This document shows positions 17,985-26,529 of a DNA stretch of 38,282 bases, piece after piece; positions within the stretch are counted from its first letter, which is position 1, and every line of letters begins with the position of its first letter. Made by a program: the position numbers and the translations under genes. The notes beneath the pieces are model-generated. The model was not told the DNA's origin. It worked only from the letters and a program-made list of their open reading frames with translations, and did no database searches. The stretch comes from a virus: IMG/VR virus record IMGVR_UViG_3300011894_000001, positions 1-38,282 of that record, one strand, 5' to 3'.

Positions 17985-20900
17985 AACCTTTAAAACTCGA
18001 AGTCCTTTTTGGATCTAGAGACAACTTAAGTCCCGCACTTAAACTCATCATTGGCAGTAGTAATGCTGCTGCCAATGCATTAAAAAATGCACGTGATGAA
18101 GTAAAAAGACTCAATGAACAGCAAAAGCAAGTTGATGGGTTTGTTAAACAGAAAAAAGCGACTGAAGATAGTGCTAAGGCTTTAAAAGATGTGCAGGAGC
18201 GCATTAAATCTTTACGCCAAGAAATGACGACCAATCCTTCAGATAAAATTAGCAAAGATTTTGATAAGGCTACAAAAGAAGCGAAAAAGCTCAAAGATGC
18301 ACATTCACAAAATCAAGCCAAGCTTCAAGAGTTGCGTAATGAATTAAAACAAACAGGGATTTCTACTAATAATTTAGCTGATCATCAGTCGGAATTATCT
18401 AGAAAAATTACAACTGCCAACGCATCGATCGATAATCAAAAAAAGAAGCTGGACAGCCTAAATCGCATCCAAAAATCACATAGCAATATATCTGGCAATG
18501 TACGAACTGCAGCTTTATATGGAGCGGGTATGACTGCAACAGGTGCAGCTGCCCTTTATCAGATGCGTAAACCAATTGATGAATCAAAGCGTGTCGATGT
18601 TGAAGAAAACAGAATTGCTTCACTAGGCTTTGGCAAAAAGTCTACTGAAGAAGCAATCCAATACGCTAAGGCCATGAAAACTTTTGGTACCAGTACATTA
18701 GACAATTTAACCTTGGTCCGTGATGGTGTAACGGCTTTCGGTGATGTTCACCATGCACAATGGGTTGCTCCAACATTGGCCAAAATGAAATTTGCAAATG
18801 AAGCTATGTATGGCGACCACGGTGTAGAAAATGAAAAAAAATTCATGGATATGCTTAAAGTCATTGAAATGCGTAATGGTTTAAAGAGCAAAGAATCATT
18901 TCAGGAACAAGCAAATATCATCCAGCAAGTGATTACAGCTACAGGTGGACGTGTACAGGCTGAAGAGTGGCTTAACGTAATCAAAACAGGTGGTATTGCT
19001 GCAAAAGGCATGGATAACAAAGCGTTCTATTACAAAATGGAGCCTTTAGTACAAGAAATGGGTGGCCATCGTGTTGGTACGTCCATGATGTCTGCTTATC
19101 AGAATTTATACCAGGGCAGAACAACACAACGAGCAGCTGCCAATCTCGATAAATTTGGTTTAATCGGGGACTATTCAAAAGTTAAGCATAATAAGACTGG
19201 GGATTTATCTTATTTAGATATCGGCGCAATTAAAGGTGCTGATTTGTTTAAAAAAGATCAGTTTGCATGGATGGAGCAGGTTTTAGTACCAGCATTAAAT
19301 GCAAAGGGTATAACAAAAGAAAGTGATGTCATTGATGCGATCGGCAGCGTCTTCAGTAACCGTACTGCGTCAAACCTTTTTGCACAGATGTATATGCAAC
19401 GTGATCAGATCCATAAAAATGCAAAACTGAATGAAGGTGCCTTCAATATCGATCAATTGAGTACCCAAGCCCAGGGAACAACATCGGGTAAAGAATTAGA
19501 AGCTAGGGCAAAACTTAACAATGCATATTTACAGTTTGGCCAGACTATTTTACCGATCTATACGCAAGCACTTGTTTTGGCATCAAGTGCTTTGCAGAGT
19601 TTTACTGGATGGATGCAACAGAACCCGACATTAGCAAAAGCATTAGGCACTGGCCTGTTATTGATAGCTGGTGGTTTAGTCGCTATTGGTGGCTTACTTC
19701 TAGTTTTCTCACCACTCATTTTAAGCATGTTAAGTTTGCGACTTATGATGGCGACATTGGGTGTGCAAGGAGGGCTCTTAACTAGACTATTTAGTGGACT
19801 AGGCACTTCATCTATAGCATTAACTACCCGATTCTCATCAGTGATATCTAAAGTTTCTGCATTATCTGGTGTTTTAAGAACTAGCTTAACTACAGCTTGG
19901 TTAGCGAGTAGTCCAAAGGGCTTTATTTCAAGTCTCAGACAATTACCTAGTGTCATGAAAATAGCAATAACAAATGCTTGGATGATGACAAAAACATTTG
20001 GAGCCGGTTTATATACATCATTTGTCAACGCAGCACGTGGAGTATGGGCATTTGCAACAGCTCTAACTACAAATGCAGTTGTTGCCTTAAGGAATTATGT
20101 TTTTGCAGCTTCTATAGCGATCAGAACCAATGGATTACTCGGAGCATCTAAAATATTGCTCAGAAATGCAGTATTAGGTTTATGGTCTGTTTTAAGTGGT
20201 GGAGCCGTTGGTATGTTTGCTGCTTTAGCAACAGGTGCACGAGTTGCTGCTCAAAGTGTATTATTTTTAAGTCGTGCACTGCTTATGAACCCAATTGGCT
20301 TAATTATTACGGGTATAGCAGGCGCTGCATTTCTTATTTATAAATACTGGCAACCGATCAAAGCTTTTTTTCAAGGATTTTGGCAAGGTCTAACAGAAGG
20401 CATAGCACCTTTAAGTGCAGCTTTTGCTCCATTATTTCAAACATTAGGATCCGCATTAGCTCCCTTAAAACCTGTCTGGGATTGGCTCATTAACTCATTT
20501 AAGACAGCATGGCAATGGGTAAGCCAGTTGTTTCAACCATTTCAAGCCACAAAACAACAGCTCGATAGTGCCACAAATAGTGGGAAGGCTTTTGGCTTAT
20601 GGCTTGCAGGTTTGGTAAATACTGTAGCTGGGCTAGTAGGTAAGTTCTTCAATTTTGGGGCAAATATCATCGATGGTTTAATCAATGGTATTAAGTCAGG
20701 CTTTGCAAAACTAAAAACTGTCTGGAGTGAAGTCACCAGTTACGTTCCAAGCTTTTTTACAAAAAAAATGGACATCCATTCTCCATCCCGTGTGATGGCC
20801 GAATTGGGTGGGCACGTTGTTGGTGGTATTGGCATGGGTTTAACTCAAGCCTTTCCAGAGTTAAAGAACAAATACAATCAAGTTCTCAATTTGTTCACCA

Positions 20901-21154
20901 ATAAAACTCAATCACCCACTATGGATCAGATTGATATTGCTGCTCCCGTTATTTCAAAAATTCAAACAGCACCAAATTTAACTTCAAGTCGTCAGTCTTC
21001 ATTGGCTGTGGCTGGAGACACTTACACGATTCATATTCATGCTGCACCAGGACAAATAGTTCAAGATCTTGAACGTCAAATTGAACAAGTAATTAATCGA
21101 TTACAACGCGATAAATTGTCACGTGTACGCACAATCATGGCAGATCAGGAGTAA
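17981..21154 (+). CDS. T: Tail tape measure protein (P2 gpT-like)
   Basis: 1057 aa with a coiled N-terminal part and a long hydrophobic/Gly-Ala-rich middle. Syntenic. Confidence 0.9.
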   Translation: MKPLKLEVLFGSRDNLSPALKLIIGSSNAAANALKNARDEVKRLNEQQKQVDGFVKQKKATEDSAKALKDVQERIKSLRQEMTTNPSDKISKDFDKATKEAKKLKDAHSQNQAKLQELRNELKQTGISTNNLADHQSELSRKITTANASIDNQKKKLDSLNRIQKSHSNISGNVRTAALYGAGMTATGAAALYQMRKPIDESKRVDVEENRIASLGFGKKSTEEAIQYAKAMKTFGTSTLDNLTLVRDGVTAFGDVHHAQWVAPTLAKMKFANEAMYGDHGVENEKKFMDMLKVIEMRNGLKSKESFQEQANIIQQVITATGGRVQAEEWLNVIKTGGIAAKGMDNKAFYYKMEPLVQEMGGHRVGTSMMSAYQNLYQGRTTQRAAANLDKFGLIGDYSKVKHNKTGDLSYLDIGAIKGADLFKKDQFAWMEQVLVPALNAKGITKESDVIDAIGSVFSNRTASNLFAQMYMQRDQIHKNAKLNEGAFNIDQLSTQAQGTTSGKELEARAKLNNAYLQFGQTILPIYTQALVLASSALQSFTGWMQQNPTLAKALGTGLLLIAGGLVAIGGLLLVFSPLILSMLSLRLMMATLGVQGGLLTRLFSGLGTSSIALTTRFSSVISKVSALSGVLRTSLTTAWLASSPKGFISSLRQLPSVMKIAITNAWMMTKTFGAGLYTSFVNAARGVWAFATALTTNAVVALRNYVFAASIAIRTNGLLGASKILLRNAVLGLWSVLSGGAVGMFAALATGARVAAQSVLFLSRALLMNPIGLIITGIAGAAFLIYKYWQPIKAFFQGFWQGLTEGIAPLSAAFAPLFQTLGSALAPLKPVWDWLINSFKTAWQWVSQLFQPFQATKQQLDSATNSGKAFGLWLAGLVNTVAGLVGKFFNFGANIIDGLINGIKSGFAKLKTVWSEVTSYVPSFFTKKMDIHSPSRVMAELGGHVVGGIGMGLTQAFPELKNKYNQVLNLFTNKTQSPTMDQIDIAAPVISKIQTAPNLTSSRQSSLAVAGDTYTIHIHAAPGQIVQDLERQIEQVINRLQRDKLSRVRTIMADQE

Positions 21155-21159
21155 ATCAC

Positions 21160-21582
21160 ATGATGATGATATTGGGCATGTTCCCGTTTAGCATCCCGAC
21201 TGCGGTTTACCAGCAGTTACAGCGTAGTACCAACTGGCGGCATCCGAGTAATTCGCGTGTTGGTGAAATGCCAGCCTATCAGTTTGTGGGTAGGGGGGAA
21301 GATACAATTACCTTAGAAGGAAGTATTGTGCCGGAGTTTGGTTCTCAGATGAGTATTACTGCTTTACGTACCATGGGTGATACAGGTAAAAATTTTCCGC
21401 TTATTGCTGGAACAGGTAAAGTTTTTGGGCTTTATCACATTGATGATTTGCAAGAAACACAAACTTACTTTTTTACAGATGGTACTCCTCGAAAAATTGA
21501 GTTTAGTTTAAAGCTGACACAAGGACAGAAGCCAGGAACTCTAATCGGTAATGCTGCAGGTAAATTGATAGGCTTATTATGA
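21160..21582 (+). CDS. U: Tail protein U (P2 gpU-like)
   Basis: MMMILGMFPF......YQ..QR...WRH..N.RVG....YQFVG.GEDTITL.G matches the P2 gpU pattern. Confidence 0.9.
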   Translation: MMMILGMFPFSIPTAVYQQLQRSTNWRHPSNSRVGEMPAYQFVGRGEDTITLEGSIVPEFGSQMSITALRTMGDTGKNFPLIAGTGKVFGLYHIDDLQETQTYFFTDGTPRKIEFSLKLTQGQKPGTLIGNAAGKLIGLL

Positions 21583-23081
21583 CCCTTATTTCCGCAATAA
21601 ATTCAGTTGTTGATGATGTACTGCAGGCGAGTTCTGTTCCTATTTATAAACTTGTTGTTGATGGCGTAGATATCTCATCAAAGGTCAACAATCGCTTAGG
21701 GCAAATGCGTATTGAAAACAAACGTGGTTTTGAGGTTGATACGCTTGATTTAACATTGTCCGATCATGATGGATTACTTGAAATCCCAAGTAAGGGTGCG
21801 GTCATACAAGCATGGCTTGGTTGGCAGCATTCTGGACTTGTTTATAAAGGTAGCTACATCGTTAAAGAAGTTGAGCATGGCGGAGCACCGGATACACTTC
21901 GGATCCGTGCTACCAGCGCAGATATGAAAAAATCTTTAAAGCAAAAAAAGGAACGTAGCTTTGATGATATTGCTTTGGGGGATCTGATTAGAAAGATTGC
22001 AATCGAACATGATCTTAATGACCAAGTATCTGAAGAACTGGCCAAACATAAAATTATTCATATCGATCAAAATGAATCAGATGCAAATTTACTGACTCGT
22101 TTAGCAGATGAGCACGATGCTATAGCTACCATCAAAAACGGTACATTACTCTTTATGCCAAAAGGCCAGAGTCAGACCATTTCTGGCCAAGATTTACCAA
22201 CTTACCTTTTGACCAGGACAAAGGGCGATGAACATCGTTATAGCTATAGTGATGGGGGGGAAGAAGTCACTGCAATTCGAGCTTTTTATTATGATGATAA
22301 GCTGGCCAAAAAACTTGAAGTCATTGTAGGTGATCAATCTAACCAGAATATAAAAGAACTACGGCATATCCATCGTGATAAACAAACCGCGACTTTGGCT
22401 GCTAGAGCCAAACTCAACCACTTTAAACGTACAGCAGAAACACTCAGTTATAAACTGGCCAGAGGAATACCAGATCTTGTCCCGGAACAAACTTTCTTGT
22501 TTATTGGAATCAAAGAGCAGATTGACGAAATTTACTGGCTTGGAACAACGATCACAGACACACTGGACAGTTCAGGTGGATATACAACTGATCTTCAACT
22601 TGAAGTTTTTTTCCCAGATGCAGACGATGTATCTGAACTATTTGAAGACCAATTTGTTTCCGAGAAAGATAAAAAATGGACTGGTGTTGTGGTTTATTAT
22701 CAAGAAGGGGATAAGGCTGTAAAACTGACGAAAGGTGATCAATCAAACCCTAAGCACTTTTCATATCTTTATTTAACTAAAGCTGGAGCACAGCAACGCC
22801 TAGATCGTGAATATGCGCTATTGGATCTCGAGACTGGTAAATTTACAGCGCATAATGAGTTAGACCAGAAGGCTTACACAGGTTTAAAAACACAATACAC
22901 AATCGGCCAAAACAAAAGCCCGAGATATTGGGTAACCTTGGGGGATCAAACTAATCCAAAAGTCATTGATCGTGTATTTCCAAGTAAAGTGGCTGCTGAA
23001 AAACGATTAAAGCGTGAATTACCACGCCTTAATGCTAAGAAAGATATGCTTGAACAAGTCAAAACAGATCAAAAGTTATAA
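21579..23081 (+). CDS. D: Tail/late control protein D (P2 gpD-like) with about 135-aa C-terminal extension
   Basis: 500 aa versus about 387 aa for P2 D. The N-terminal about 365 aa are syntenic with gpD. The extension contains two related modules of about 50 aa. Confidence 0.85.
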   Translation: MTLISAINSVVDDVLQASSVPIYKLVVDGVDISSKVNNRLGQMRIENKRGFEVDTLDLTLSDHDGLLEIPSKGAVIQAWLGWQHSGLVYKGSYIVKEVEHGGAPDTLRIRATSADMKKSLKQKKERSFDDIALGDLIRKIAIEHDLNDQVSEELAKHKIIHIDQNESDANLLTRLADEHDAIATIKNGTLLFMPKGQSQTISGQDLPTYLLTRTKGDEHRYSYSDGGEEVTAIRAFYYDDKLAKKLEVIVGDQSNQNIKELRHIHRDKQTATLAARAKLNHFKRTAETLSYKLARGIPDLVPEQTFLFIGIKEQIDEIYWLGTTITDTLDSSGGYTTDLQLEVFFPDADDVSELFEDQFVSEKDKKWTGVVVYYQEGDKAVKLTKGDQSNPKHFSYLYLTKAGAQQRLDREYALLDLETGKFTAHNELDQKAYTGLKTQYTIGQNKSPRYWVTLGDQTNPKVIDRVFPSKVAAEKRLKRELPRLNAKKDMLEQVKTDQKL

Positions 23082-23872
23082 ATGATCAACTCATTGCCAT
23101 TGTGGTCTTCATGAGCTGCTTTAGAGTTCACTGACCAACGGATTTTACGATGTGTCATTTGATAGTCCTTAAACAGTTCTCTCACTTCAGGCACATCGTT
23201 CAGGCTTAAAATGAACTTTCCTTTAATCTTATCTAGTTTGTCTTTTAGAGTATAAAAATCCTCTTTAGACCAAATGCCTTTACCATAAACATTTTCGCAA
23301 TCCCAATAGGGAGGATCCAGATAAAATAATGTGTCAGGACCATCCAAGCGATTGATGACATAATCATAAGAGCGATTTTCAATGACTACATCTTGCAAAC
23401 GTTCATGAATAGAAACTAAATGTTCCCGTAGACGTTCGCCCAGACGCATGCGGTTCGTTCTATCTTTAGAATAGGTAAAAGAGCCATCTAATTGGCAACC
23501 AAAGGCAGAGCGTAGTAAATAATAAAATTTCACTGCTCTTTGAATATCAGTAAGACCAGATTGGTCACGTTTAAAATCGTCAAATTGAGTACGTGAAAAT
23601 AACAATAATTCAAATTCAGTTAAAAACGCATCAAAGTGAAATTTTAATATGCGATACAGGTTAATCAGATCGTCATTAATGTCATTAATAACTTCTACAG
23701 TAGAAGGGGTTTTTTTAAATAGAACCCATCCTGCTCCGCCGAAGACTTCAACATATGTTTTATGTTCTGGAAGCATATCAATGATTGTTCTAGCTAGTTG
23801 TGATTTACCACCGAGCCAACCACTGAAACTATGTCCACTAGGATTGTATTGTGGTGAGAGGTTTTGTGTCAT
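23069..23872 (-). CDS. dam: DNA N6-adenine methyltransferase, Dam / D12 class
   Basis: Motif I EVFGGAG and motif IV DPPY (LFYLDPPYW). Start moved to ATG 23872 (MTQNLSP), preceded by AGGTAAG. Confidence 0.9.
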   Translation of the reverse strand: MTQNLSPQYNPSGHSFSGWLGGKSQLARTIIDMLPEHKTYVEVFGGAGWVLFKKTPSTVEVINDINDDLINLYRILKFHFDAFLTEFELLLFSRTQFDDFKRDQSGLTDIQRAVKFYYLLRSAFGCQLDGSFTYSKDRTNRMRLGERLREHLVSIHERLQDVVIENRSYDYVINRLDGPDTLFYLDPPYWDCENVYGKGIWSKEDFYTLKDKLDKIKGKFILSLNDVPEVRELFKDYQMTHRKIRWSVNSKAAHEDHNGNELIIYNF

Positions 23873-24035
23873 GAATCTTACCTGGTGTTTGATGCTCTGG
23901 GCATTCAGGTAAGGCACTCAAGGTGCTCTGGAATGTGTTTAGGGTTTTACAACGAGGGCATTTAATTTCGATTTGATTAAAGCCATCTGTTCTAGCCAAT
24001 AATTTAAAACAACATTGGCATTTTAAATTTTGCAT
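23838..24035 (-). CDS. com: Com-like zinc-finger protein (Mu Com family translational activator)
   Basis: MQNLKCQCCFKLLARTDGFNQIEIKCPRCKTLN parallels Mu Com MKSIRCKNCNKLLFKADSFDHIEIRCPRCK. Its 3' end overlaps the methylase start by 35 nt. Confidence 0.85.
   Translation of the reverse strand: MQNLKCQCCFKLLARTDGFNQIEIKCPRCKTLNTFQSTLSALPECPEHQTPGKIHDTKPLTTIQS
23876..23912 (-). promoter_or_regulatory. mRNA hairpin sequestering the dam Shine-Dalgarno
   Basis: On the minus strand, CTTACCTG (23912-23905) pairs with CAGGTAAG (23883-23876). The second arm is the SD 4 nt upstream of the dam ATG. Loop of 21 nt. Confidence 0.6.
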
Positions 24036-24085
24036 ATATTTTTCTGCATTAGAAAAACTGACTAAATACTATAAAAAATATAGAA

Positions 24086-24107
24086 AAAGAACAAATATTT
24101 GTTCTTT
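24086..24107. promoter_or_regulatory. Perfect 22-bp palindrome in the com/ogr divergent intergenic region (candidate operator)
   Basis: AAAGAACAAAT|ATTTGTTCTTT is self-complementary. An extra half-site-like ATATGTTCTT lies at about 24127-24136. Confidence 0.5.
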
Positions 24108-24149
24108 TAATTTAAAATAAATATAAATATGTTCTTAAGGATTTGATAA

Positions 24150-24446
24150 ATGATTGCACCCAATAACTACAACAAAATAAACAAAAACAATTCCCGTCCA
24201 CAACTCGTTTGCCCACACTGTAAAGTTACTAATCTAAAAATTCGCTCAAGTGAGCAACGACACCCTTTACTGAAGGACGTTTGGCTAACATGTCCTAACT
24301 TATTTTGTGGTTTTACATGTGGTGGCCATATTGAAATAACTCATACCATTTCGCCGAGTGCAACGCCAGATCCTCAAATTCATATCCCTACTTTGTTAGA
24401 GCTGAAGTCAGCAAATGATGAAAATTGGGAAGAAAAAAATGACTAA
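24150..24446 (+). CDS. ogr: Ogr/Delta-family zinc-finger late transcription activator
   Basis: CPHC-x23-CPNLFC spacing resembles the Ogr C-x2-C...C-x4-C finger. IRSSEQ and TC.N..C.F....IE also resemble Ogr. Located after D as in P2. Confidence 0.75.
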   Translation: MIAPNNYNKINKNNSRPQLVCPHCKVTNLKIRSSEQRHPLLKDVWLTCPNLFCGFTCGGHIEITHTISPSATPDPQIHIPTLLELKSANDENWEEKND

Positions 24447-24687
24447 ATTTTTAACTGTAATATTTATAAGCCTAGTGTTTATAGGGTGTTCTTCATCTAA
24501 TGATGCAATTAATGCATTAAAAGCAAATGGATTTACGGACATTCAAACTGATGGTCATGCTTTTTTTGCTTGTAGTAAAGACGATACATTTTCCACAAAA
24601 TTTACAGCTAAAAATAAAGATGGCCAGAAAGTTAAAGGTGCTGTTTGCAGTGGTTGGCTGAAGGGAGCGACTATCCGTTATGATTAA
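24415..24687 (+). CDS. Small lipoprotein (cargo; possible superinfection-exclusion factor)
   Basis: Signal peptide ending in lipobox FIGC followed by SSS. Alternative start ATG 24439, with GGGAAG 6 nt upstream. Overlaps the end of ogr. Confidence 0.75.
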   Translation: MMKIGKKKMTKFLTVIFISLVFIGCSSSNDAINALKANGFTDIQTDGHAFFACSKDDTFSTKFTAKNKDGQKVKGAVCSGWLKGATIRYD

Positions 24688-24898
24688 TGTCACACCAGAC
24701 CATTCAATTGCACATGAAGCTTATGAAGCTTTAAAGAACCTTAAATGTGATTACGTAAATATCATTGCCCATACCTATCAAAAGACAGCACATGAAGAAG
24801 GTTTTTTTATTGCAGGCATTTATCCAAATTTTAATGAAGGGGGATTTAATCGCTTAGATTGGTTAGCTGAATATGAGCAGCTGCAGGAAAAAATTTAA
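24680..24898 (+). CDS. Hypothetical 72-aa protein
   Basis: ORF overlapping the lipoprotein stop, so probably translationally coupled. No family recognised. Confidence 0.5.
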   Translation: MINVTPDHSIAHEAYEALKNLKCDYVNIIAHTYQKTAHEEGFFIAGIYPNFNEGGFNRLDWLAEYEQLQEKI

Positions 24899-24996
24899 CT
24901 AGGGCCGATTTCTACAATTTGTAATTCTTCTAGTGGTCAATTTTTATATAATGTACAATCTATTGATCTAGATACTGAGTATAAAAGAAATTACTT

Positions 24997-25773
24997 ATGT
25001 TAATTCAGCCACAAACCCAAATTGATAAACTATTGGGAGAGTTATCAAACTTACCAAAAGGTCGGGTATTGTCTGAATTTGCACTAGCTAGATTTCTAAA
25101 TCAAGCTGATAAGCTTATTTCATTTGATGCTGCTCACGCTTGGCATGTAAAAGGCGTGGCAAATTATTACGCAAATGAAGTGGCAGAAATGATTCGCTGT
25201 TTTGATATAGCAATAAATTTATTACCTACAGACCGAACACTTCTAAATAACTATGCCGCATGTTTAATGAATCAAGGGCAACTTGAGGAGTTATACGAGC
25301 TTGTGAAATCACATATAGATTTTTATATAACAGATATCGATCTTATGCTGAAATTAAGTCGACTCGCTTTAGATAGATTCAATAAAAATTTTATAGATGA
25401 AATAAATCAGTTGTTTGATATGTATTCTGGATATCCGCATATCAATCAAATTCAGCAAGAGTTCTATTTAGAAATACAGAAAGTTGCATCAAAATTAGAG
25501 AATCTGAATATCTCATGGAATGATGCTCTTCAAGTTTCAAACCTAGCATTTCAGCTTATGTTTAATAACAAAGTAAGATCAAATTCTCTTGTTAGAATCA
25601 AAGCTTCAGATGATGAAATAGTAAATATTATTCCTTTATATACAGATATCGAAACCGTTTTTAAGTTAAATGATGAAATTTTTGACGAAATTTTTTCGAG
25701 AGGTTTAATTGATGTATGGAATAAATTTATGTGTATGTTTGTTGTTGCAAGTCATGATGCGATAGCTGCATAG
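24997..25773 (+). CDS. Hypothetical 258-aa all-helical (TPR-like) protein, first gene of a two-gene cargo cassette
   Basis: Very AT-rich, with a TATAAT at 24947-24952 upstream. The helical repeat-like segment AHAWHVKGVANYYANEVAEMIRCFDIAINLLPTDRTLLNNYAACLMNQGQ is TPR-like. Confidence 0.65.
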   Translation: MLIQPQTQIDKLLGELSNLPKGRVLSEFALARFLNQADKLISFDAAHAWHVKGVANYYANEVAEMIRCFDIAINLLPTDRTLLNNYAACLMNQGQLEELYELVKSHIDFYITDIDLMLKLSRLALDRFNKNFIDEINQLFDMYSGYPHINQIQQEFYLEIQKVASKLENLNISWNDALQVSNLAFQLMFNNKVRSNSLVRIKASDDEIVNIIPLYTDIETVFKLNDEIFDEIFSRGLIDVWNKFMCMFVVASHDAIAA

Positions 25774-25789
25774 AGGGTATAGATATTCA

Positions 25790-26185
25790 ATGTCAGTTAA
25801 AGCACGAGATATATTTCAGCATGCTGAGTCTTTTTTTGATCCTAAAAATTGTGATGAAATTGTAGCTAGGATGCTGATAAATAGAGCATATTATGGTATT
25901 TATGGTTATGTTTTGAGTGAGGTAGAGAATCGTCTTTTCTATGATCTAGACAAATCAAATCCTAGTGTACATCAAGCCCTCATTAACACCTTTAAGTACA
26001 AAAAGTGTTCTTCAGTAGATCAACAAAAATTAGTTGCTAAAATTGCAACACAGTTGCGTCAGGCAAGATTATTAAGATCAAATGCTGATTATGAATTGCA
26101 ATATCATATAACTCACAAAGATACTGAACAGGCTCTTTTATTGGGCAAACAAATTTTTGAAATGATTGAGTTACTTGATATTTAG
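25790..26185 (+). CDS. HEPN-like 131-aa protein, second gene of the cassette
   Basis: RAYYGIYGYVLSE helix plus LRQARLLRSNADY resemble the HEPN domain layout (N-terminal A.YY helix, C-terminal R-x4-(H/Y) helix). The canonical His is not evident. GAGGG RBS. Confidence 0.55.
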   Translation: MSVKARDIFQHAESFFDPKNCDEIVARMLINRAYYGIYGYVLSEVENRLFYDLDKSNPSVHQALINTFKYKKCSSVDQQKLVAKIATQLRQARLLRSNADYELQYHITHKDTEQALLLGKQIFEMIELLDI

Positions 26186-26323
26186 ACGTTCTCTTAAATT
26201 TTAATACGTTAATTAATCTAACAATGTACCAGAGGTTCTGTACTTAATGAGTTGGGCAGAAGCTCCACAGATGTGGCTGGCTGGATATAGAGAAAAACAT
26301 GATCAAGATAGCTTAGATTTTAA

Positions 26324-26521
26324 TTAAAAGTTGTCTACTTTGGAGGGGAATGTCCACCAAATCTTATTAAAATAAACCTCATTACGTAAGAAATTGATTT
26401 CTAATTCATTCCCATTGTAATCATAAAGATTGGTGACTTCTCCTTTCTTATTTATCTCTGCAAGCAAATTACAACCGTGCTCTATTTTTCTAGCTTCTAA
26501 AACCCTGATCATGACTTGCAT
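26324..26521 (-). CDS. Hypothetical 65-aa protein
   Basis: ORF 8 nt downstream of the 152-aa gene on the same strand. No family recognised. Confidence 0.45.
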   Translation of the reverse strand: MQVMIRVLEARKIEHGCNLLAEINKKGEVTNLYDYNGNELEINFLRNEVYFNKIWWTFPSKVDNF

Positions 26522-26529
26522 ATAATTTC

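Noticed and set aside
17869-20736. Minus-strand ORFs inside the tape-measure gene, including 141-aa (17869-18294) and 156-aa (19558-20028) ORFs
   Set aside because: They are antisense to the tape-measure gene, and their length reflects its biased repetitive composition. The 17869-18294 ORF would also destroy the E' frame, which carries a conserved motif.
22375-22746. 115-aa plus and 64-aa minus ORFs inside gene D
   Set aside because: Nested alternative-frame ORFs without RBS.
26247-26325. 25-codon ORF (MSWAEAPQMWLAGYREKHDQDSLDFN) in the convergent gap
   Set aside because: It is too short and has no RBS or supporting signal. It cannot be supported from sequence alone.
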